Below are positions 54,701-64,000 of a DNA stretch of 64,000 nucleotides, piece by piece. Under the pieces are notes generated by a model. That model was not told where the DNA came from, did no database searches, and was given only the letters and a program-made list of their open reading frames with translations. Position numbers and translations under genes: made by a program. The stretch spans positions 234,980,001-235,044,000 of the forward strand of contig OZ024741.1 in assembly GCA_964016885.1 (NCBI GenBank). Direction: 5' to 3'. Source of the stretch: Eledone cirrhosa. Lineage: Eukaryota. Each line of letters starts with the position of its first letter. The stretch's first letter is position 1.

Positions 54701-56195
54701 TGTTATCATTGTGGGTAGGTGGGAGGGGTATGTTGTGTTGTGGTGGAGTGTTTGTGTGTGTGTTTGTGGGAGTGTTGGACAGAGGAGGAAGGGGTGGGAT
54801 AGAGTCCTTCAGGGGAATTTTTGGTGTGGTGTCTTTTGTGGTTTGTGATGGTTGGGTGAATGTTGATGGTTTGGGGGTTGTGTTTTTTGTTTTCGGGTGT
54901 GTCTGTTGTAGCTTTTGGCTTGGCAATAACGCCTTCTTTTGTTTTTCCACATCCAGCATTGGGCAAAATGCTTTTAAATGTGTGTTTTTTCCACATTTGA
55001 AACATTGTGGTCTTTTTTCTTTTGCCCTCCACTGCGATGTGGACAACATGGTTATCATCAACCGGCACCCTTTCCGGTATTTTTTCAATCCTCTCCGGTT
55101 TTATTTGGACCACGAGCTCCATTGAGGTCCCGTTCCAGTTCTGTCGGATTGATTTTTTTACAGAGAGGAGGTTGTCTTCACCCTCCTCCAAAAAAACACC
55201 CAGGATCCACCAAATGTTGGTGTTCAGTAGGATCTAGGAGATCCTTATTTTATGGGTTCTTCTTCCCATGTATGTTGGGAAGATGTGTTGGCTCGTTCTA
55301 ATTGGAGCCACCGAATATTTCTGGGCGAGGGCCTCGCTTTTAAAGAGCTCCGAGATGCCCACGTACTGCTTGGCCCTCTGGAGGTAAGCAATGTCTGGCA
55401 TTGCCTCCTTTAGCGCGGTTTCCACTGTGCTATTGCTTAAAGCCACATGTTTCTTGGTTTGTGAGCAGATCGTCCGGAAGAATATTGTTTTTCTTAAGTT
55501 CGCGGCCCTAATTTCTGGTGGGGTACTTATTCAAAAGCCGTTACCTTCGAAAGTTATATGTTCGCAGCGTCCTTTATGTGCTGCGCTTGATTTGACAGAT
55601 CTATTTCTATAAAATCTGTCTCTTTGGCAAGGCTTTCTGCAAACGTTTTTGTGTGTGTGTGTGTTTGGTTGTTTTCGCTTGTGCTGGAGTTGTTCTTGTT
55701 CTTGTTGTTATCTTCGTTGTTGTTGGTGTTGTTTTCGTTCATAGCATTGTTGTTGCTGGTGGTGCCGGTTGTGTTGTTTTTGTTCATTGTTTCACACTTT
55801 TGGTTTTGGTTTGTTGCCATGGCAACGTCAAGTTGTTGGTCAGAAGGTGAAGAAAAATCCTTCCTCTGTCTGACCTTTTGTCTGAGACATCTGCTACTAT
55901 GACAGTGGAAGGGGGAAGCTGTAAGCATATCTTCCTTTTTCCTCCTTCGAATGATGGTGAAGAAGCTGTTGCTTCAGCCATTTTTTTTTTAAACGTTAGT
56001 TTTTCCCAAAATTTTTTTTTATTTTTATGAACTATTTCGCCTAAAGGCGTAGAATATTTTGAGAGACTGACCAGATCAAAATTTGACCTGGCAGTCCCTC
56101 TACAAATTGGTATAAAAATGAAGGCTCACAGTCAAGAATTTCTATAGAAATTTAAGCAGAACTTACCCAGCAAGTTTCACACGTGTGTTCATCCC
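51725..56195 (-). mobile_element. Tx1/L1-clade LINE, near full length, endonuclease region deleted
   Basis: ORF1 pieces 54140-55981 with CCHC knuckle CFKCGKNTHLKAFC. ORF2 pieces 51987-54090: KSSGLDGLPYEFY, NFRPISLLNTELKILAK, LDQSKAFDRVDH, CPRC..C. Confidence 0.88.
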
Positions 56196-56219
56196 GATAG
56201 ATACATAGATAGATAGATA

Positions 56220-59200
56220 ACTTTCTTTTTATTTGCCACCAGGGCATCAAAAAGTGGGACAAGTACAATGGGGGGAGTTTACATAACAAGGCGTCCTCAA
56301 TAAGGAGGAGGCAATAACAAGATATAAAAATAAAATAAAATATAACAAAAATAAATTTAATAACAAAATCCTCAATAGGGAGGAGGCGCCTTGGGGGGTC
56401 GCACACACCCCCGAAAAAAAGTGTGCAACCCTTCTCCTCAGGAGCACAGAGAGGGGATGCTCCCTTGATCTTTCATCTTCCTCACCTATAGTCTGATGTA
56501 GAGTGAAGGCCCATTCACACGGGCCATTCTCGCTACTTTCACCCATCTTTCATAAAAACGGCTGGGGTGCAGCACCTCTCTCTCCATCCTGATCCTTCTT
56601 CCGAAATGATATCGGAAGAAACGGACCAGTTGTTGGCCAGAGAGAAAGGTGCCCGACCTCAGTCCTTTCAGACGCGTCCACCATACAACCTCTTTCGCCA
56701 TGGATATTACGCACAGAAACACCGACTCTCCTTCGTTTTTGAAGAGGGGGGCGGGGGGCGGCTTGATCGTTACAATAGACTTGGTGGTCAACTGGATCGG
56801 TCCCACCTTGACAGCAGTTGTTCGACATATCCCCACAGATCGGCAATGCCCGAGCAGTGTACCAATGCGTGTGCAACGGTTTCCTCGTCGCACACGCATC
56901 TGGGACAGATTTTTTCGAGGAGTCCCTACCCGGGCGCCCGTGTCTGTAGAGCCTTTCTCGAACGGACAGAGCCTCTCGCTAGCACTGCCAGGCCAGGGAC
57001 CTCTGGAAGTTATCCATGGGTCCCGGGCTGAATGTCCTACCGAACAGGTTGGCCAGTTCGTCTTCCACCATGCCTAGGGCTTCTCCGAGGGCGTCGTCGT
57101 ACCTGCTAACCACCAGCCCTCTATAGAATGACGAGGTGGATTCTCCACTGACAGCCGGGTAGCCTGCCAGTGAGCCATGAGCGCCTGGCACACTCGGTGT
57201 GCCAGGCGCCCAGTTTTCTCGGTCTTTGCTTGACACAGGATTGCAGTTCGGTGAGCGAGACGAGTCTGGGAAAGGCTCACCTCACAAACGGGGCCCACAC
57301 CGGTTAACCGGTGAGGAATGCCTGGAGGTGCCGTAGCCTTAGTGCGTGTTTACGTATCATTAGCCACGGCATCCCCAGCCCTCCTTTCGAAGGGTGTTGA
57401 CAGCAGATGGATCTCCTCACCATAGGAACCGCTTCTTCCAAAGGAATTGGAAGAGTGCGCGCTCCATTTTGGCGAGCGTTTCCCTTGGGCAAGGCACAAC
57501 GGTCAGGCGGTAGTAGATGACGGACGCTATATAAGTGTTCGTCACCTCCGCCCGACCTTTCAGGGACAGTTTGCATTCGGCCCACTTCTGGGTCAGTGCA
57601 AACACCCTGTTCGTTACCTCACCCCAGTTCTTCTCCACCTGGAGGTCTGGTCCGAATCAGACCCCGAGCAACTTCACCGGGCCCTCCGTCCAGCGCCCGA
57701 TGACGCCATCGGAGGGCATCGATCTGCCCCTCCACGTGCCGAGTTGCAGACCGATCGACTTGTCCCGGTTCAGCTTAGCCCCTGTAAACCTTTCGTACTC
57801 CTCCAGTAAGGTGCCGATCGCCCCGATTTCCGAGGCCGTCGACACCATTACTGTTACGTCATCGGCGGAGCCGACACCGCTTTCCGCAATCCCGGTTCCA
57901 ACGGGATGCCCTGCAACAACTCCAACTTCCGCAGCAGTGGCTCTAGAGTCATTACATACAGAAAGGAGGAGAGAGGGCACCCTTGTCGGATGGACCGCGC
58001 GATTTCGAACGGCTCCGAGAGGTAGCCGTTCACCTTGACCCTAGAGCAGATGCGGCTGCTGTGCATGGCATTGATCCAGCCCCTGAAAACGGGTCCGAAG
58101 CCTGCCGCCGCGAGCACCGCATTCAGGTAACCATGGTCGCCCCTATCGTACGCCTTAAATTGATCGAAGTTGATCAGGGCCCCACCAAAGCCGGGTTCGT
58201 TCCCAACCCTCTCTAAGATGTATCGCATGAGGTGGAGGTGGTAGTGGATGGACCTGGACGGGATAGCACATGTCTGCGCATCTCCCACCAGGTTGCCCAC
58301 GAAAGCGCCAACCTCTTTGCTAGCACCTTGGCCAAAATCTGTAACTCTGTATTTAGCAGAGTTATGGGCCTGGAATTATTTATATCGTCCCCCTTGTTCT
58401 CGTCCTTCCTCACTAGCGTGACTACGCCCTTGGTCACAGCACAGGGAATTCTCCCGTTCTATTGCCAGTTGCAGTAGTCCGCCTCGAGGAGATCGGGGAA
58501 CAAGTCCGGCATAGCTAGATATAGTTCGTATGGAAGACCATCGAGACCCGGGGATTTGCGTTTGCCGCATTGGCTCAGCACGTCCTCTATCTCAGCGGCT
58601 GAAATCGGCTCCTCGCAGGACTTCGCCTCCCTGTCAGAGAGACGCGGCAGGCCGTCGAGGTATGGACCGAAGTCCACTTCCCCAACCAGCTCCCCGCCCC
58701 TTCCGAACAATCTGGCAAAGAGCTTTTGAAAAATGCCTCGCACATCTGCTTAGGTTCAAGGATCACCCGTCCATCCTGGTCTTGCAAAGACCGGATAGTG
58801 GATTTACTCCCTCTTTTGGCTTCTGTCACGCGGGCCCAGCTAACAGCTTTGGTCCCCTCGTTTCCCAGAGCACGTATTTTACTTCGGACGATGCAGCCTT
58901 CGTGTTTCGCGTCGAAGAACTGGCCCAGGGCCGTTCTCGACGCTAGCACTCTGGCCACGTCGCCGCTTCTAATTGCCTCTTCTACACTATCTATCAACCC
59001 CCTTTCCTTCCTATATCTATTTGAGGCTAACTCCTTACTAAATTCTATAGAGACTACTCTAATCTCTCTTTTGAGAGATCCCCACCACCTGCTGTTGACG
59101 ATGGCGCCCGTCAACCGCTCCTTAACTAAAGTGCTAATCCGGTCCCTGTAAGCCTTACTTGCCGGTAAGAACAAGTTGAGCTTCCAGTAACCGGGTCCCT

Positions 59201-59335
59201 GTCTATGCGTTCTGTCAAGGTTGACCATGCAGCTCACTAACTTGTGGTCTGAATAGCCAACCATGCGCATTTTTGGACAACTTAAAAAGTCCATATCCTT
59301 ATTTCTAACTAAGAACCTATCTAGGTACGACCTAG
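56220..59335 (-). mobile_element. Second, diverged Tx1/L1-clade LINE, 5'-truncated in the APE domain
   Basis: YLDRFL, SDHKLV, GPGYWKLN, KSPGLDGLPYE, IRQGCPLS, SADDVT; many frameshifts. Confidence 0.88.
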
Positions 59336-59939
59336 ATGATAGTTAGATAGATAGAATTCCTGATATGGGATGCAGTAAACTTGGTCTGCGCTATTTGTGT
59401 AAAACGTTAACTACAGTTAATTTTATGACAATAGATATTTTATCTGGAAGTTCATGTAGGAAGTTGTTCAAATCTATTGGTGGATGAAAAAGACGCACTG
59501 CAATACATCAGAATACTCTTTTACATAGTAATGCGCACATATGCAGCTTTTTTTGTAAGGTTTGCTAAATCTATTGGTAGATTAAAGAGGCAGGGCTATA
59601 CACCAGAACACGCTTCTTCATGGTGATATGCACATATGCAGCTTCATTTATTATGAGGCCTATCAAAAGACAAGTACAAGACCGCCGGGCTTAAAGGGCA
59701 CCTTCGAAAACACGATTTCTTTTAATAGTGCTGGTTATCTTCGGGCACGACCGTATCGACCTTAGTACATTTTTCAAACCTGATACTTATTCTATTGATC
59801 TCTCTTTGTCGACTCGCTAAATTATGGAAAATGAGCACCGACACAAACGTAAACACATACCCCTCCCCATATATATATGTGTGTATGTGTGTGCGTATAT
59901 ATATATATCTGTGTGTCTGTATGTGTGTGTGTATATATA

Positions 59940-61215
59940 CAGGGGTCGGACAAAATAATGGAAACACCTAGCATCATAGCATCATCATTTTGAAATATCT
60001 ATAAAACCGTCAAAAGCTTGTTTATTTTTATGTTTTTTTATTTATTTATTATTAGTGTTGCTTAATATGTTTTGTTAAAATTGCAGTTTCTTTTCAGATA
60101 TCATCAGAAAAAGGTAATAAAAATTCATTAAAATGACAGATCTATCGGACTTTCAAAGAGGTCAAATTGTTGGTGCTTGTATGGCAGGCGCTAGATTAAC
60201 GGAAACAGCCGAAATGTTTGGTGTATCAAGAAGTAGTGTCTCGAAAGTAATGACAGCCTTTGAGAAAGAGGGAAAAACCTCCTCGTCGAAACAAAACTCC
60301 GGAAGAAAACCAAAACTGTCAGATAGGGACCGTCGGACTCTTACGCGAATTGTTAGAAAGGATCACAAAAGTACAGCTCCCAAAATTACTGCAGAGCTTA
60401 ATGACCACCTCGAGAACCCAGTTTCCACAAAAACTGTTCGCCGGGAGCTGCACAAAGCCGGATTTCACGGGAGGGCTACAATCAGAAAACCACTACTTTC
60501 AAAACAAACGTTGCAAAGCGTTTAGAGTGGAGTAAAAACCTACAGAATTGGTCCCTAGAGCAGTGGAAGAATGTTATTTTCTCGGATGAGTCATCCTTTA
60601 CCTTATTTCCGACCACCGGCCAAGTATACGTGTGGAGACAGCCAAAAGAAGCATTTGACCCAGACTGACTTCTTCCAACTGATAAACATGGAGGAGGATG
60701 TGTGATGATCTGGGGAGCTATATCTTGGAAATCCGCCGGCCCAATGGTTTCCCTTCATGGCAGAATTAATAGTCAAGACTATTTAAGCCTTTTATCTGAT
60801 CAAATTCATTCTATAATTGCGGAACTGTTTCCGGAGGGAAACGCAATCTTTCAGGATGATAATGCACCAATTCACACAGCTAAAGTTGTTACTGAATGGC
60901 ACGAGGAACATTCTAGTGAAGTTGAACATCTTATCTTGCCACCAGAGTCCCCAGATCTCAGTATTATTGAACATTTATGGTGCATTTTAGAAAAACAAGT
61001 AAGGAGTCGATATCCTCCACCATCATCACTACAAGAACTGGAGACTGTTTTAGCTGAAGAATGGACAAACATTCCTTTGGAAACAATTCAAACTTTGTAC
61101 GAGTCCATGCCTCATAGAATTGAAGCTTTAATTACTGCCAAAGGCGGTCCTACCCCATATTGAAATAAATTTGTTTGAAATTTTAAGGTGTTTCCATTAT
61201 TTTGTCCAACCCCTG
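59940..61215 (+). mobile_element. Full-length Tc1 transposon
   Basis: 30-bp TIRs CAGGGGTYGGACAAAATAATGGAAACACCT; TA target duplication. Confidence 0.95.
60133..61163 (+). pseudogene. Tc1 DD34E transposase with a frameshift (~60505) and a stop (~60666)
   Basis: MTDLSDFQRGQIVG, SGRKPKLS, IFSDES, FQDDNAPIH, SPDLSIIEHLW, AKGGPTPY. Confidence 0.92.
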
Positions 61216-61221
61216 TATATG

Positions 61222-61501
61222 TTAGGTATTTCCGAAGAAAAAGCAAAGTAAAAAAGAGTGCTCTATGTATAGAACAGAGCTATTTAATTAGAAAGTAAAC
61301 AACACAATATATAACCACTCCATTACCAAAGGTTTCAGGACCCTAGACAATATTAAAATACAACTAGATCGTTCATCAGACAGAGATGTCATCTCTGATA
61401 ATAACATCTCTGTCTGATGAACGATCTAGACGTATTTTAATATTGTTGTCTAGGGTCCTGAAACCTTTGGTAATGGAGTAGTCATATATTGTGTTGTTCA
61501 C

Positions 61502-61509
<8 letters not shown>
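61222..61509. mobile_element. Family D fold-back insert with hammerheads 61317-61386(-) and 61408-61478(+)
   Basis: CUCUGU-CUGAUGA-..CUAGAC..GUCUAG..-GAAA-CC-uuu-GG-UA-AUGGAG. Confidence 0.8.
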
Positions 61510-61578
<69 letters not shown>

Positions 61579-63079
61579 TAGCTCCTGTTTATTTTAACAT
61601 GTCTATTGAGCACTCTTATTCGATATGTGTATTTCCACATTTTCCCGAATATTTTTTGCGGATATAGAGGTTATCTCCCTTGCTGAATTACATGTGCGTT
61701 TTTTCAACCTGGGTTATGCCTTTTCATTCGTTCGGACAAAAGCTCGTTGAGGAAGTAAATTCCGGTCCGCTGGCTTCTAGAAGTCTTATATATTTTTATG
61801 TGAGCTGATAGAGGGCAGTTTAAGGATTTACAGAAACCCAAGAAGCTAGATTTACCATCTTTCTAGCGGGTCCGGGTATGCTTTTTACATTCATTTGATT
61901 TATTGATTTATTGATATTTTATCTGAGTGTCCCGAATCTTCCAGATCGCAATTTTTCGGTCGTATGGTTGATTTTAGACATGTTCTATGTGTGACGGTAT
62001 TTTAACGATAGTTATAGCTCTGATTTATCTGAATTATTGAGCCCTCTGCCGCTCATTTCGAATTTTGTTTATCGTGAACTCGTGCGCCGATTTTTCGATA
62101 CTCGATTATTCTACTATATATATATATATATAGTGACGAAACATAAGTCAATTGCATGAACTCATATATATATATATATAATAGAAAAAACGAGGAAGTT
62201 TCGTTTACATATAAAAAATATCTATTGTGTATCGACTTGTTACGCGCGTTCCGCAGAGGATTGGTTCAAGGTAACCCATAACAGTTATGGACCCGACTCC
62301 ACTATTGATCTGCTCCTTTTATATGTATATTCCATGTATATTCTGTACATTCTGATTTCGCCAGCCTCCACTCTGCTTGCCTCAGGTTGTATCCATTCTC
62401 GTCTTTTCCTTGGACAATCTCTCGCTTTCTTTAGAGGTAACGCTTTCTCCAAGCTGTCCGTTGGGATCACGAGACGGCTGGCATCTGGGGTTCTGCAGGC
62501 CAGGGAGCATTCTTCGATGTCCAGACATATATCACAGACGCAGCGATATATATGTTTACATCACATGACCATGAATACCTCTCGTACTACCCCATCTACA
62601 TTTGTGGAATGTCGAGATGAGATTTGCAGCGTGGGCAAAGGAAGGGTTGTAAGCAGTGGTGACTGGATAACAGTGGTGGCGATATTGGCGACGGTGTGGT
62701 CGCTGTGACGATGGTGGAGGCGTTGGTCGCTGTTGCAGTGGTGGTTGCGGCAATGGAGGCAATGACGATGGTGGTGGCGATGGCAGTGACGAAGATAGAC
62801 CTTTTAGTGATGTGTAGGATGGTAGTGAGAGTGTTGATGATAGATGACGGTGATGGTGGTGATGATTGCAGAAGAGGTCAGTGGTAATGTGGATGGTGGT
62901 GGCGGTAGTGATACTGGTAAAGGTGGCAGCAGTGAAGAATGCTCCCTGGCCTGCAGAACCCCAGATGCCAGCCGTCTCGTGATTGTGGTAGTGTTGTTGT
63001 TAGAAATGGAGAATGTAAGCAGTTTGGTTGGGATAAAGTACCCCAGGGAAACTTTTTTTGCATACTAAATATCAAAACG

Positions 63080-63350
63080 TGGAGGTACTTGGCCTAGTAG
63101 TAAGGGTGTTGGACTTACGATCGTAATGTCGTGGGTTCGATTCCTGGACCTGGTTGTGTGTTGTGTTCTTGAGCAAAACACATCATTTCACGTTGCTCCA
63201 GTATATTCAGCTGAAAATGAGTACCAGCAATAGTTGGTGGTTTAACCCTGCGATGGGCTGGTGTCCTGTCCAGAAGGAAGTTTTGTACTCTCAGTTACTT
63301 CACGTCACAGAAACCGAAATAAACACCGGCCTGAACAGTCTTTAGACTCG
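63080..63350 (+). mobile_element. Second tRNA-derived SINE family
   Basis: A-box TGGCCTAGTAG, B-box GGTTCGATTCC, core GTGTTCTTGAGCAAAACAC. Confidence 0.75.
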
Positions 63351-63713
63351 ACACAGAGTTTAACTATCAAAACGATATGGTTTCATAAGTGTAATATAAT
63401 TAACTGAAAAACTTCGGTTAAACGAAATTATCCATGCAATTATAATTGATCAGCCCAAAACACCCTCCCGATGTGTTCACAATCTAAAAAACAAAAGAAC
63501 AAAACAGTAGTAAGTTAAGTCCAATAAATCCTATTTGCTGAAATGTTTGGAAAATATATACGATGCATGCAAATGGAATTAAATCTTGTCTTTAAAGTCA
63601 ACCCATAAAAACAATGGTTATATTTCGGCCTCGATAGGACTCATCAATGAAACAACATATTTTACTCAACAGGCATCCGCGAGGAGAGATGGTACAGACC
63701 AGTTCCTGTCAAA

Positions 63714-63846
63714 TGTATGTATGTATGTATGTATGTATGTATGTATGTATGTATGTATGTATGTATGTATGTATATATGTATATGTATGTATGTATGTAT
63801 GTATGTGTGTATGTATGTTTGTATGTATGTGTGTATGTATGTATGT
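63714..63846. repeat. (ATGT)n microsatellite
   Basis: Tetranucleotide tract. Confidence 0.97.
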
Positions 63847-63848
63847 CA

Positions 63849-63926
63849 GGTCACCAGTTGGTGCTACTGGTAACATGTATCCCAGTACAACCTGTCTTAT
63901 GGTCGGGTCGTTGGCGACTAAACTGG
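63849..63926 (+). ncRNA. Candidate HDV-like ribozyme at the 5' end of a probable LINE
   Basis: P1 GGUCA/UGGUC, P2 CCAGU/ACUGG, CC..GG P1.1, P4 GUCG-uugg-CGAC, CUAA; P3 imperfect. Confidence 0.4.
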
Positions 63927-64000
63927 CAACCCCCACCAAGGTTCTTGGTGAGGAGGGTGCCTTTGGACATCCTGCAGGACTAAAAACAAAACCTGTCTTA

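Noticed and set aside
54199-55125. 308-aa hydrophobic plus-strand ORF
   Set aside because: Antisense shadow of the A/C-rich Tx1 ORF1.

Overview
AT-rich, microsatellite-dense eukaryotic DNA made almost entirely of transposable elements. The dispersed SINE resembles those I recall from octopod cephalopods; that is an inference and was not checked. No host protein-coding gene is convincingly present, and most ORF-track entries are microsatellite artefacts. Recognisable elements: RTE, CR1-like, R4/Dong, CRE-like and two Tx1/L1 LINE remnants, a Tc1 and a DD37D/maT-like transposon, a Tigger-like MITE, a probable Helitron end, tRNA-derived SINEs, a U6 snRNA retrocopy and two Penelope GIY-YIG fragments. 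The main signal is about 20 short, mostly non-coding, head-to-head fold-back inserts of many sequence families, embedded in (TA)n or (CA)n tracts. Most carry an intact or decayed type-I hammerhead ribozyme (CUGANGA...GAAA...NUH) with covarying stems. Unrelated families also share a downstream bulged hairpin (RCUC-stem/loop-2 nt bulge-GAGY). In nearly every insert one arm stops 0-10 nt upstream of that hairpin while the other arm keeps it. This suggests a Penelope-like, microsatellite-targeting retroelement/retrozyme system with a cis RNA signal marking where reverse transcription starts. All folds were read by eye, not computed.
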